Shown piece after piece: positions 39,146-48,645 of a stretch of 64,000 nucleotides of DNA (its first letter is position 1; every line of letters begins with the position of its first letter). A program made the translations under genes and the position numbers. This DNA is from a virus. The stretch is from positions 1 through 64,000 of the IMG/VR virus record IMGVR_UViG_3300017778_004456; one strand, 5' to 3'. The notes below the pieces were generated by a model. That model ran no database searches, was not told where the DNA came from, and worked only from the letters and a program-made list of their open reading frames with translations.

Positions 39146-39443
39146 TGGTCGGAGCCTCCGCCGCCTTCAGTTGATCGAGGATCTCCTGCAGGTCGTCGTG
39201 AGCCTTCATGTACTCGCCGCGCTTGTACTTCTTGCCGGTGAACTCGGTCGCCTTGAGAAGCATGTTGGTGGGAGTCCAGGCGCTGTTCATTTTCATTTTG
39301 AACAGAGCGTAGCCCTTCAGGGCTGACTTGAGTGCGATCAGGATGTACCGATCGACTGCTTTCGGGCCGGCGAACATCACGCCGCCAGCTCCTGAGGTGA
39401 TTGCGTTGTTCTCGTCGATGATGTGAGTGCGTTCAGATGACAT
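39138..39443 (-). CDS. hypothetical protein
   Basis: Overlapping operon ORF, 101 aa. Confidence 0.65.
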   Translation of the reverse strand: MSSERTHIIDENNAITSGAGGVMFAGPKAVDRYILIALKSALKGYALFKMKMNSAWTPTNMLLKATEFTGKKYKRGEYMKAHDDLQEILDQLKAAEAPTNA

Positions 39444-39945
39444 TGGCTTCTTCCTTGATTGTGGACCATAGACCGTTTTCGTACCGGGCCGCGCCTGTGG
39501 CAGCTAACCACCGCACTAGAGCCCGCGTAAAGTTGCTACGGCTGCTCGGCGTGCATACGGCTAGGCAGGCCAGCGGGCGCATTTCGAGCAGCGCAGCCAT
39601 GCTCCTAGGCCTCCGAAGCCGTTCCAGAAGTTCCTCACGGGCGAGAGCGCCGTAGCGCTCCACGACGATTCGGTCAGACTTGGAGACGGACTCAGGAATT
39701 TCTACCGGGGCAAAGTCGCCAGGAAGTCGGTAGAATCGGCCGCACTTGGCGATCTTGCCTTGGCTCACGAGGACTGACAAGCAGCGATCTACGATGAGCA
39801 CTTTGGTGGACGGAGAGTAGGATTTATTCGCCCAGCGATCTCGTACCTTTTCGGAGGAGAAAGCGAGACGACCCATGCGGAGAGCAATTTTCTCGATCGT
39901 ACCGAGGTATGCTTCCGCCATCTTGTTTGCGGATGCTAGAGTCAT
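39433..39945 (-). CDS. hypothetical protein
   Basis: 170 aa ORF overlapping neighbours; AAGGA RBS. Confidence 0.6.
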   Translation of the reverse strand: MTLASANKMAEAYLGTIEKIALRMGRLAFSSEKVRDRWANKSYSPSTKVLIVDRCLSVLVSQGKIAKCGRFYRLPGDFAPVEIPESVSKSDRIVVERYGALAREELLERLRRPRSMAALLEMRPLACLAVCTPSSRSNFTRALVRWLAATGAARYENGLWSTIKEEANVI

Positions 39946-40175
39946 TTGATCATATCCTTGAGTTCTTTCTTAACACGCTTGGCGACGTCGCCGCGCCAAG
40001 TCGAAGCGTTCGACAGGAAGTAAGCTACGATGCTGCGACCGGAGTCTAGGCCGTAGGAGTCATGGATCGATTCGAGACTCAGAAGAGCCTCGGCGTAAGG
40101 TTTCGCCCACGGATGAATTGGTTTCCAATCGGACCAAATTTCCTTGGCGATGACGTAAAGAGGACGTGGTGACAT
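39942..40175 (-). CDS. conserved phage hypothetical protein
   Basis: RPLYVIAKEIWSDW...AKPY...YFLSNASTWRG; upstream TTGCAT-N17-TACAAC at 40230-40202. Confidence 0.7.
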   Translation of the reverse strand: MSPRPLYVIAKEIWSDWKPIHPWAKPYAEALLSLESIHDSYGLDSGRSIVAYFLSNASTWRGDVAKRVKKELKDMIK

Positions 40176-40287
40176 GACATAGCCCTTGGTTGCCATGCTA
40201 GGTTGTAACCTGCCCCAAGCCTCAATGCAACGGGCCGCATACTCTTGCGAATATGCGGCCCATCTCTTCAGCAACGAAGACTGTAGA

Positions 40288-40599
40288 CTAGAGTACTGCT
40301 GCCCGGAATCCCAGACCCTCGGCAACTTTGACGAGCGTCTGTGCATTCTCGCCGGGACCGACCATCAGTATGGTGCGATCTCCGGACACGGTACGTTGAT
40401 CCAACATACCGCGAGCGGCATGAAGGGCGACCTCGGGCACGCGCCCGTTCCTGCTCCAGCCGTGAGCTGTTCCCGCCCCGGAGTAGCCGATCAGATCAGC
40501 GACTGCGTTGGGCTCCATGTTGAGTTTCCGGCAAACTGCCTCGAACTCGTCGTAGGGGCGAGTCTTGTAGGACTTGGTGATAGTTCGGATTTCGCCCAT
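40288..40599 (-). CDS. HTH (XRE-like) DNA-binding protein
   Basis: LNMEPNAVADLIGYSGAGTAHGWSRNGRVP. Confidence 0.55.
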   Translation of the reverse strand: MGEIRTITKSYKTRPYDEFEAVCRKLNMEPNAVADLIGYSGAGTAHGWSRNGRVPEVALHAARGMLDQRTVSGDRTILMVGPGENAQTLVKVAEGLGFRAAVL

Positions 40600-40688
40600 G
40601 TTGGGTCCTTTCCTAGAAGATGATGTCAAGAACAATAATAACGCAGCAGAGCCAAATCACAAAGCTCATTAGTTTCCACATCGTAAAG

Positions 40689-41597
40689 TTAGTCCTTTCT
40701 GAAGCCCTTGAACTTGGGGAAGCGCGGTTTCACATCCACGCCAACCTTCTGGTACGAGACAGTGACTGTCGCGCCCATTAGTTGATCGCGGTCTCGCCAA
40801 ATTTCATCACGGTCGGCTTGGGTGAAGCCGGTGCCGATCTTGAAAGTCTCAGCGAAGAGTGGGCTCTGGAGAACAATGGCGCCGAGAGTATCGCCGGCGA
40901 CTTGGTTCTCCTGGTGGGAGGTTCGCTTCATGAGCCCGCGAGCGTCGGTTGTAGCTTCGTTCTGGTTGTGGTAGAGTTCCTCGAAGCCGATCACAATCGC
41001 CTCGAAGTCGTCGAAGCGCTTGAACTTCACTAGAGACTGCTGCTTGATCGTGCCGCGACCGTACTTGTACGGAGCTTCGAGGCTTCGGATCATGATTCCT
41101 TCGAGGCCCTCGGCGAGATACTTCTCCTCGAAGCGCAGAACGTCGGCCTTGTTGTGAACGATGTGCTGCGGAACCAAGTGAAGATTCTCAACACCCCAGT
41201 CTTGGAGTGCGTCCACGCGCCGGCGAAGATTGTCGTATCGCGTGCCGTACGGAGCGTTCGGGTTGGTGAAGTCGTCGAACACGTAGAAGTGAACGCCGTC
41301 GTCAGGATACGGCTTGGAACGAGACATCACGAAGGATGTGCTGCGTTTGAAGACGTCAGGGGCGCCGACTGGGCCAACGATGATCTCGCCGTCGAGACCC
41401 TGAAATTCTGGCGTGCCGAACATAGACTGCACAGCGCCGGAAGGAAGCAGTTTGATACGATTGGAGTATACGCCGTCTTCCAGAACAGCTCCACGGATGC
41501 CGTCCATCTTGCCGGCGACGAGCAACGGGTAACTGAACTGATCGAGATGGTGTTCTTCGATTGCCTCGCCCTTCATAGGGCGGAAGGTTCGTGTCAT
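40689..41597 (-). CDS. ATP-dependent DNA ligase
   Basis: KMDGIR adenylation motif, LDGEI, EGIMIR, KFKRF, IGTGF, PRFPKF. Confidence 0.93.
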   Translation of the reverse strand: MTRTFRPMKGEAIEEHHLDQFSYPLLVAGKMDGIRGAVLEDGVYSNRIKLLPSGAVQSMFGTPEFQGLDGEIIVGPVGAPDVFKRSTSFVMSRSKPYPDDGVHFYVFDDFTNPNAPYGTRYDNLRRRVDALQDWGVENLHLVPQHIVHNKADVLRFEEKYLAEGLEGIMIRSLEAPYKYGRGTIKQQSLVKFKRFDDFEAIVIGFEELYHNQNEATTDARGLMKRTSHQENQVAGDTLGAIVLQSPLFAETFKIGTGFTQADRDEIWRDRDQLMGATVTVSYQKVGVDVKPRFPKFKGFRKD

Positions 41598-41914
41598 AAA
41601 AGTACTCCTGTTTCTTCTGGAATCTCACCGATCCAAGGTCCTCGTTGACGCCACACCCGGACTCCCTTGATGTGAACTTTCTCATCCTCGCGGATGTGAA
41701 TCTCCACATTTATCCGGCCGTCTGGGTCTCGCATCAGCGATATCTCGGGTTTCTGATAAGAGTTGCCGGTCGTATACCGAACCTCGGCATAGATCAGGTA
41801 CCGCTTGGTCACTGTACGACCAAACAGACCTCGGCTCTTGAAACGAAAGATCTTAGCATCCCGTACCGACTCGTATCGGATACGGGGCTCTAGTTGTCTC
41901 TTGGGTGCCATCAT
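41594..41914 (-). CDS. hypothetical protein
   Basis: Overlapping operon ORF. Confidence 0.6.
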   Translation of the reverse strand: MMAPKRQLEPRIRYESVRDAKIFRFKSRGLFGRTVTKRYLIYAEVRYTTGNSYQKPEISLMRDPDGRINVEIHIREDEKVHIKGVRVWRQRGPWIGEIPEETGVLL

Positions 41915-42663
41915 GATTCCTTTCCAACCTGTTTAGCACCGGATGCACCTCCCGGCAACCCAGAGGTAAGGTTGATCTTGTTCGCGGCGTTGTATCCTGC
42001 GGTAGCCGCCTCGCGGCTCACGTCGCCCTGGATGTGGCGAGCCTTCTTGGTTCGCATGGTCGAGCCCGGACCATCATCGTACTCCTGCTGAACGAGCTGG
42101 TTCTTCAGGACTACCAGCGAGGTTCCAGGCTGGCGAAGCTCGGACTTCATGATCTTAATGCGAACGTTGAGGCGCTGGGCGGCGGAGAGGTAGAAGGTCT
42201 GGCGAACAGCCTTGGTAGACTTCTGCCCGTACATCGGAGTGAACTGTTTCCAGGACATCTCAATGCCGTTGTGGCAGACCCAGAAGAGGTACTCGGCCAG
42301 CTCGACATCAGTCTCTGGGCCGAAGAATGCGACTGCCGCGTAGTGAGCGCGCTTCTCCTGGTTGGCCCAGCTCGTCTCCCACCACTTGATGTCCAGGAAC
42401 TCTGAGATTCCCCAGCACACCTGCGTCGAGAAGGGAAAGTGTTGGGTGGCGAGATTGATTTTCTTGGTAACGCAGAGCTTCCTGTCAACTCGCTTGGCAC
42501 CAAGAATCTCGGCCTCGGTGAGGTCGTACTCATCCATGAGGCGAGAGGCTGCGCGCATGGCGGAGGCAGCTTCTTCTTCCGTAGCGCCGCGAGAAACATT
42601 CTTCTCGAGAAGCGCTTTGATCTTTAACTTGAGTTTCTCAAGTTTCGAAGGGTCGGACATCAT
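41911..42663 (-). CDS. DUF2786-like protein
   Basis: KIKALL...ATEEEAASAMRAASRLMDEYDL; FFGPETDVELAEY. Confidence 0.75.
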   Translation of the reverse strand: MMSDPSKLEKLKLKIKALLEKNVSRGATEEEAASAMRAASRLMDEYDLTEAEILGAKRVDRKLCVTKKINLATQHFPFSTQVCWGISEFLDIKWWETSWANQEKRAHYAAVAFFGPETDVELAEYLFWVCHNGIEMSWKQFTPMYGQKSTKAVRQTFYLSAAQRLNVRIKIMKSELRQPGTSLVVLKNQLVQQEYDDGPGSTMRTKKARHIQGDVSREAATAGYNAANKINLTSGLPGGASGAKQVGKES

Positions 42664-42964
42664 ACTTAATCTCCTTCAGAATTTCCAGAGTGATTGCGGT
42701 CGCCTGCTTACCAGACATCGAGACATAGTATCCGCCTAGGATACGGTCCCAGGTGAAGATTATCTTGTTAGTCTTATCCTCGACGTGGTATACTGTTTTG
42801 TCAGGTCCCCGGTCTTCCTCGCAAGCTGACTTTGGAACTCGGGTATACTCGTGCTGAGTATCTGAGCGATAAGAACCTGCTGAGATGTAGCCTCGCTGCG
42901 AGAGCTTCAGCTCATATTCCTGACGTTTATCAGCTTCAGACTTCTCGAACTTGAAGTTCAACAT
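42638..42964 (-). CDS. hypothetical protein
   Basis: ORF downstream of the promoter at 43021-42993. Confidence 0.65.
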   Translation of the reverse strand: MLNFKFEKSEADKRQEYELKLSQRGYISAGSYRSDTQHEYTRVPKSACEEDRGPDKTVYHVEDKTNKIIFTWDRILGGYYVSMSGKQATAITLEILKEIKYDVRPFET

Positions 42965-42992
42965 CCGATAACCTTGCCTTTAACCTTCACAC

Positions 42993-43021
42993 ATTATGCC
43001 ATAGCCGGGCCTCTGGAACAA
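42993..43021 (-). promoter_or_regulatory. sigma70-like promoter
   Basis: Minus-strand TTGTTC-N17-CATAAT. Confidence 0.6.
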
Positions 43022-43041
43022 GGCTTGCCGTGTCAGGAAGA

Positions 43042-43419
43042 TTAAAGGGCTGCTCGCCTCGGTTGGTCAGCCGGAATGATCACGTCCTCGGAGTCGTACT
43101 CAGGTTCCGGCTCGCCGTTGATGACGTAGATCTTCTTGTCGTTGAGAGGATACTTAGGATCGTACGGCGGAGTGATCATTGGGTTGACGGCGAAGTCCGC
43201 GCGGAACTTCTTAAGCTGTGCCACGAGATCAGCTTTCGTGATTTTCTCGAACTTCCAAGTCCCGGCGTCTTCGAGGATGGTCTGGTCAGTCAGAAGCAGG
43301 TAGGATCTTACCTGCTCCGGACTGTTGCGTCCTCCAGCCGTACACCAGTTGAGTATCGCGATGCCTTCGTCAGCATACGGATACTCAAAGATTTGCTCTT
43401 CGGATTGATCGTGCGTCAT
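43042..43419 (-). CDS. hypothetical protein
   Basis: 125 aa; upstream TTGCCG-N17-TAGCTT at 43483-43455. Confidence 0.65.
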   Translation of the reverse strand: MTHDQSEEQIFEYPYADEGIAILNWCTAGGRNSPEQVRSYLLLTDQTILEDAGTWKFEKITKADLVAQLKKFRADFAVNPMITPPYDPKYPLNDKKIYVINGEPEPEYDSEDVIIPADQPRRAAL

Positions 43420-43487
43420 AAGTGACCCCTAGCTGTGATGTATAAGTTAACCACAAGCTAACGGCGGTTTACGTCGCCGGCAAGGGG

Positions 43488-43760
43488 TCAGTTATCCATC
43501 CGGTGTCTTGGAGTCTCGTCAGTAGTCTCGTCTACAGTGGAGCTATCCTCCGCCATGTCGAAGGCAGCGTCCGCATAACGATTCGCTAGCTTATGAGCGA
43601 GAGCAATCCCGCTGACGGTTCCGAACGCAGTCCCGCCGTGACCCTTCTCGGTGACATATGTGAGAACCAATCCGGTAAGATCGTCCTCGTGTTCTAAGAT
43701 ATAGTCGAAGAGCTCCTGGAGCGTTGGCTGTTCTGCGACGACTTCGGGATTGCGGCTCAT
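43488..43760 (-). CDS. acidic hypothetical protein
   Basis: AAGGAG RBS before ATG at 43760. Confidence 0.65.
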   Translation of the reverse strand: MSRNPEVVAEQPTLQELFDYILEHEDDLTGLVLTYVTEKGHGGTAFGTVSGIALAHKLANRYADAAFDMAEDSSTVDETTDETPRHRMDN

Positions 43761-43849
43761 TGATGAACTCCTTATACTGAGTAACCCTTGCACATTGCAG
43801 AAGAGCAATCGTTAGGGCAATGCTTGCGCTACAGTAACAGTAAGAGCTT

Positions 43850-46015
43850 ATGAAGACATACCGCCAGAATCTTCTCCAAAAGATCTCCGGTTCCAGTAAG
43901 GTTGTAGAATATGAGAAGGTAATCCAACCCGACTACGAAGGACTCATTGACGAGTTCTTTCCCGACCGCGTCCTAGAGAACGGTTGGGCGAGAGTTAACT
44001 CGGAGGGCGACGCTGGTCGTTCTCGTGCGTTCAACGTGGAAACTGGGAAGTGGACTAACTTCGCTGAGCAACTTGGCGGGAGCGGATTTCTCAGCTTCCT
44101 GATCGAGCTTAAAGGCTGGTCAGGACTCGGAGACTTCTGCCGGACTCACAAGTCTCCGCTGAACTTCCTTCTCCTGGACAAGCTGCGCGTTCCTGACTTC
44201 AGTCCGGCGGTTCGTTATGCCGAAGGTCGCGGCTTTGAACTAGGTGGTCGCTGGGAATATCGCGACACCGATGGATTCCTGCTTGGGATTCGCGTCAGGT
44301 TTAACGACAGGAAGACGGGCGGCAAGGAGTTCAAGCTTCTATCGTACCGTACCAATTGCGAAGTCAAAGAAAAGCATCGCCGAGAAGGCTGGCGTCTTGA
44401 CGGCGATTGGGGTCCGCTAGATCCGCTCTACGGCCTTGAGAAGTTCGGAGAGATTGGCAACAGGACGATTCTCATCTGCGAGGGTGAGAAAGCAACTGAC
44501 GCAGCCAACAAGCTCATTCCAGAGGAAGTGTTCGCAACGACTTGGGGCTGGGGATCAGCCTCAGGTACGGCCAAGGCGGACTGGAGTTTCCTACCCGATA
44601 GTAATCGCAAGGTCACTTGGCCTGACAAGGACGAGCCCGGTCGTAAGGTCGTGGAGAAGCTGGCAGGCAAGATCGCCGGCCTGAAGGTCGTCCAAGTTTG
44701 GGACTGTCCTGAGCTCAAAGAAGGGGACGACCTATACGATGTCCCACAGAATTTCCGGGACACTGTCCTAAAGATGATTGCGGACGCTACAACGCTGTCC
44801 GGGACGAAGGTGGGCAACGAACTCAAGACCCGCTTCATCTACATCGAGAAGACAGGCGAGTTCTTCGATCGCACAGACGGTACCATCCTGGACACCAATC
44901 TGTTTCGCAAGAAGCACATGGTTCAGGTAGAGTGTTTGGATGAGGAACTACTGCAAGATCCGGCTATGGTTCGAGTCAATCAGACGTCGTACATGCCGGG
45001 TAAGTCAGACATCTACGAAGATGTCATGGACGGCTACAATCGACGTTTCCTAAACTCCTATCGCGCCCACAATCTGGAAGCTGCTGAAGGAGATCCTGAG
45101 TACTTCCTGGAACATATGTCGTATCTCGTACCGAATGAGAAGGTGCGGAACCACATCATCGACTACCTAGCTTTCATGATTCAGCACCCCGGCGTGAAGA
45201 TGCATTGGGCTCCGCTGATTCAGGGCGTGCCGGGTACGGGTAAGTCCTATCTCGCGTTCCTAATGTGTAAGATCCTTGGACGCCACAACGTCAAAGAGAT
45301 TACCACCGACGAGTTCAAAGGTGACTTCTCCGGATGGGTCGAGGGCGGACAGCTCGTGGTCTTCGAAGAGGTTATGACCAACGGTCGTCGCGACCTTATG
45401 AACAAGATCAAGACACAGTTCACTTCTGAGACAGTACGCGTCAACAAGAAGAATGTTCAGGACTACCATGTCCCGAACGTGTTCAACTTCCTACTGTTCA
45501 CTAACTATGAAGACGCTGTGCTTCTGGACGACGGTGACCGCCGCTTCATGATTTACAACTCGCCGGCTAGGCCGCAGTCAGAAGAGTACTATACGAACCT
45601 GTTCACGTCTACAATTGAGGAGTCCGGCCAAGTACTCTGGATGCTTCAGAACAGGGACCTGTCGAAGTTCAACCCGAAGGGCGTAGCGCCCATGACGGAA
45701 GACAAGAAGCGCCTTATGGAGTCATCCAAGGGCGAGCTGTACCACGTCATCAAGGAAGCCATCGACACCGCGGTCCTGCCGTTCAATCTAGACATGGCAA
45801 AGCAGTCTGAGATCATGAACTACGCACGAGCTCACGCCAACCTGCGGAATCCGAAGCAGCTAACTCCAGTCCTGAAACAACTTGGATGTCGCGAAATTGC
45901 TCGGTTGCGCGATGGAAATGGACACGTTACAGTGTGGGCTGTTCGGAATGCAGATCAATATGTCGACTTCGACGCGCAAGCCTGCCGGGACTTCATCGCT
46001 CGCCCAACCTCCTGA
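43850..46015 (+). CDS. primase-helicase (TOPRIM + SF3-like NTPase)
   Basis: LICEGEKA and WPDKDEPG (TOPRIM); GVPGTGKS, VFEE, FTN, DRRF (NTPase); the only large + gene in a minus block. Confidence 0.9.
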   Translation: MKTYRQNLLQKISGSSKVVEYEKVIQPDYEGLIDEFFPDRVLENGWARVNSEGDAGRSRAFNVETGKWTNFAEQLGGSGFLSFLIELKGWSGLGDFCRTHKSPLNFLLLDKLRVPDFSPAVRYAEGRGFELGGRWEYRDTDGFLLGIRVRFNDRKTGGKEFKLLSYRTNCEVKEKHRREGWRLDGDWGPLDPLYGLEKFGEIGNRTILICEGEKATDAANKLIPEEVFATTWGWGSASGTAKADWSFLPDSNRKVTWPDKDEPGRKVVEKLAGKIAGLKVVQVWDCPELKEGDDLYDVPQNFRDTVLKMIADATTLSGTKVGNELKTRFIYIEKTGEFFDRTDGTILDTNLFRKKHMVQVECLDEELLQDPAMVRVNQTSYMPGKSDIYEDVMDGYNRRFLNSYRAHNLEAAEGDPEYFLEHMSYLVPNEKVRNHIIDYLAFMIQHPGVKMHWAPLIQGVPGTGKSYLAFLMCKILGRHNVKEITTDEFKGDFSGWVEGGQLVVFEEVMTNGRRDLMNKIKTQFTSETVRVNKKNVQDYHVPNVFNFLLFTNYEDAVLLDDGDRRFMIYNSPARPQSEEYYTNLFTSTIEESGQVLWMLQNRDLSKFNPKGVAPMTEDKKRLMESSKGELYHVIKEAIDTAVLPFNLDMAKQSEIMNYARAHANLRNPKQLTPVLKQLGCREIARLRDGNGHVTVWAVRNADQYVDFDAQACRDFIARPTS

Positions 46016-46214
46016 GATACTCAGACCTCTGGGTAGTGGCTCTCTGGAAGAGGGCCGCGTGAACGTAGTCATCGGGAAGAAGCAACTAGCGACGATTCCG
46101 GTGCACGACCTTCCAGAATTCTTAAGAGTCCTGGCCCGACAAGTCCCGTTCGGAGCATCTTTCATGAACTACATGCTGAAAGCAGCTGACGAAGCCGAGG
46201 CCAAGAATCGCTAA
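45960..46214 (+). CDS. small hypothetical protein (start uncertain)
   Basis: ORF filling the space between primase and terminator. Confidence 0.4.
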   Translation: MSTSTRKPAGTSSLAQPPEILRPLGSGSLEEGRVNVVIGKKQLATIPVHDLPEFLRVLARQVPFGASFMNYMLKAADEAEAKNR

Positions 46215-46222
46215 TCGCACTG

Positions 46223-46264
46223 AAAAAAGAGGGATCCGAGGCCACTGGCCTACAAGGATCCCTC
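46223..46264 (-). terminator. intrinsic terminator at convergence
   Basis: A6 then GAGGGATCC...GGATCCCTC stem. Confidence 0.6.
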
Positions 46265-46430
46265 AGTCGCTTCACCGCCCGGTGAACTTGCGTGCTGGCA
46301 ACTGCCCGTAGAACCCACTTCAGGACGCCTAGCGCGGGCGTTACGCGCGTTCGGCTGTGCGGGCTAGGGGCTGCACTAGGGCAAGGCTGCACCCAAGGCG
46401 GGGCCAGCAGCAAGTCAAATTAGCCTGACG

Positions 46431-47252
46431 TTACGCCGACTTCAAGGCTTCGATTACATCCTGAGTGCGGACCTCTTTCTCAGTCGCTGAGAGCACGCAG
46501 ATCAACGCTGATCGGCGAGTGGCAGGTCCCAGGACTCCGTCTTCCTTAACCTTGGAAACGAATCCCGTGCGGTTGATGATCTGCTGAAGTTCCAGCACCG
46601 ACTCCTTGGAGAAGGGTTTGATCTTCAGCTCATCGCTCATCTCTTTCAGCTTGGGGTCGGCATCGACCAGCCAGCCAACAGGTTGCTTCTCTGCGAAGTG
46701 AGCTCGCAGTTTCGTGTGATAGCCGCGCTCCGCGTACTTGGATCCGTTGTAGGCGTAGGCGAACGCCTCGAAATCTTTCTCAGCAACCGTGCGTGTGATT
46801 TGCCGAGAGATGCAGAAGTTCACGAAGCCGACGACCTGCGCCACGGGATTCAGGTCGAAGTCCTGATACATCGCGAGCGCCGTGTCCCAGCCGCACATCA
46901 TGGAGTTCCGGCCCAGCGGCTGGAAGAGTCCCCATGAGGAGGCATCCCGTGCTGCCTCAGCATCTAGTCGCGAGGCGTGCTCGAAAACTTTCTGGACATC
47001 ACTGTAGCGAGACGGGTAGCGATTCTTCCGATAGCTGTCGGTCGAGATAGGGTACTCGCCCATCTTCTCCTCAGAGAAGCGATGACGAGTGAGTTCGCCG
47101 AAGATATGAGCCTCGTGCAGTCCCTTCAGAAACCCGTTCGGATAGCGATCTAGCCGGTTGGATTCCTTAGCCGCCACAGCGGAGATGAACTTCGAGTCCG
47201 GTGCGCCGAGAACGGCAGCGGCCCAAGACAGTGCACGAGTCGGAACTTTCAT
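46431..47252 (-). CDS. endolysin, N-acetylmuramidase (DUF3380-like) with C-terminal peptidoglycan-binding segment
   Basis: AVAAKES, HEAHIF, SSWGLFQPLG.N, FAYAYNG, DGVLGPAT. Confidence 0.85.
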   Translation of the reverse strand: MKVPTRALSWAAAVLGAPDSKFISAVAAKESNRLDRYPNGFLKGLHEAHIFGELTRHRFSEEKMGEYPISTDSYRKNRYPSRYSDVQKVFEHASRLDAEAARDASSWGLFQPLGRNSMMCGWDTALAMYQDFDLNPVAQVVGFVNFCISRQITRTVAEKDFEAFAYAYNGSKYAERGYHTKLRAHFAEKQPVGWLVDADPKLKEMSDELKIKPFSKESVLELQQIINRTGFVSKVKEDGVLGPATRRSALICVLSATEKEVRTQDVIEALKSA

Positions 47253-47893
47253 TTTAAGACGATTCCATAAAGGAGGAACAGGCGGTCAGGATTGATGTCC
47301 AGACGGATCTGACCATCCTGAGGGACGTCCCAACTGTAACGCTCCGGGCGTTGATCTGCAAGCGGCAGGTTTGTCGCGCAATCTGCCGTCTGCATGTAAT
47401 GCGTCGGAATGACTTGGTCCGAGTGACGATTCATCTTGAACTTGTATCCTGTGGGATACCGAGTCAGGTAGAGTCCGTAGGTTGTGGGAGTCACAACTAC
47501 CCGGTCACTCTGGGAGATCCTCGCCGCGTTCATCGCTAGCGGAGGCCACGTCCAACGAATCGCTGGGGTCGGTCGTCCGCCGTTCCGCTGAAACTCTCGG
47601 AGAAAAGTCAGGGAGAACAAACGGCTCGTGTCGGGGTGGGCGGGGGTCGCGTCCATCATTCTTATCGGGACGTATCCGGGCGTAATCGGGCCAGGATTCG
47701 CCGGCATCATCGACAAACCCCGCCAAGGACTCAGGCTCCTCCTCCCCATCATTTGCCAGTCGATCGGCGTAAGTGTCCTCAGCTCGTACCCGTGCGGAAC
47801 CGTCTCTCCCTGGGAGATAGAACTCAAGGTAGGTCCCAGCCCCATATGATGGATCAAGTTCTTCTTCAGGATTTGGTGCGGTTCGTAGAGCAT
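47249..47893 (-). CDS. hypothetical protein
   Basis: AGGA RBS; stop overlaps the endolysin start. Confidence 0.6.
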   Translation of the reverse strand: MLYEPHQILKKNLIHHMGLGPTLSSISQGETVPHGYELRTLTPIDWQMMGRRSLSPWRGLSMMPANPGPITPGYVPIRMMDATPAHPDTSRLFSLTFLREFQRNGGRPTPAIRWTWPPLAMNAARISQSDRVVVTPTTYGLYLTRYPTGYKFKMNRHSDQVIPTHYMQTADCATNLPLADQRPERYSWDVPQDGQIRLDINPDRLFLLYGIVLK

Positions 47894-48140
47894 GGGACGA
47901 TCCTATAAAGCGGTGAATCTCTAACAGCATTCGAGCCTCAACCCAGAGAGCTCTCCAAGTAGGGACTCGGGCCATGTCTCGGGTGTTGCCATAATCTTTC
48001 TTCTGACCTTCAGTAATGAGGACAGCGACGTAGGCTTTGATAATTTTATCGGGATCCAGGTACCGGAGTTGGCACAGGAATCTTGCCACCTTCTCCTCGT
48101 CGGGAGTGGCCTCCGGCAACCAATCAGAAGGGAGGGTCAC
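47505..48140 (-). CDS. hypothetical protein (3' part overlaps next gene)
   Basis: GTG at 48140 after GGGAAG; no stop until 47505. Confidence 0.4.
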   Translation of the reverse strand: MTLPSDWLPEATPDEEKVARFLCQLRYLDPDKIIKAYVAVLITEGQKKDYGNTRDMARVPTWRALWVEARMLLEIHRFIGSSHALRTAPNPEEELDPSYGAGTYLEFYLPGRDGSARVRAEDTYADRLANDGEEEPESLAGFVDDAGESWPDYARIRPDKNDGRDPRPPRHEPFVLPDFSPRVSAERRTTDPSDSLDVASASDERGEDLPE

Positions 48141-48645
48141 TGACCGCTTCCCTCGCTTTGTTGTAGGAGTCGGTGAAGCCCTTCGACTGAAGGCTATCGG
48201 ATACAGCGACTTCCATGAAGTAGAAGCACGTCGGATCAAACTCATACGGAGCGAAGCCTGGATCGTGAACGATATACGACCGTCGACTTATTCCAGGAGG
48301 AGTCCAGGTCACGACGGCGTGAGGGTTCACATCCTCGAGATCAGGAGGTTGAACAATTGCAATCCCCAGCCCGAGAGGCGGTTGTCCGACTGGCCCTCGT
48401 AGAGACCAGTACTCCCTAACTCCGGACGCGAACTCCATGTAAGTGTTCACGTCATCGACCCAGAGACCAATGCTGTGCATCGGATCTTTGGTTGCTCTCG
48501 CAAATGCGTCCTTGATCACAAGATCAAGGTCGGTGATCTTATGTCCGGTAATCGTCGCGATGCAGGCCGCGAGGCAGTCCTTCCCGTGCATACTCCAGAC
48601 AGGCTGGATCACAGGACCGCGGTGAATACCTCTGGAAATGATCAT
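48124..48645 (-). CDS. papain-fold (C39-like) cysteine peptidase
   Basis: Q...DCLAACIATI, HAVV, IVHDP arrangement. Confidence 0.55.
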   Translation of the reverse strand: MIISRGIHRGPVIQPVWSMHGKDCLAACIATITGHKITDLDLVIKDAFARATKDPMHSIGLWVDDVNTYMEFASGVREYWSLRGPVGQPPLGLGIAIVQPPDLEDVNPHAVVTWTPPGISRRSYIVHDPGFAPYEFDPTCFYFMEVAVSDSLQSKGFTDSYNKAREAVSDPPF

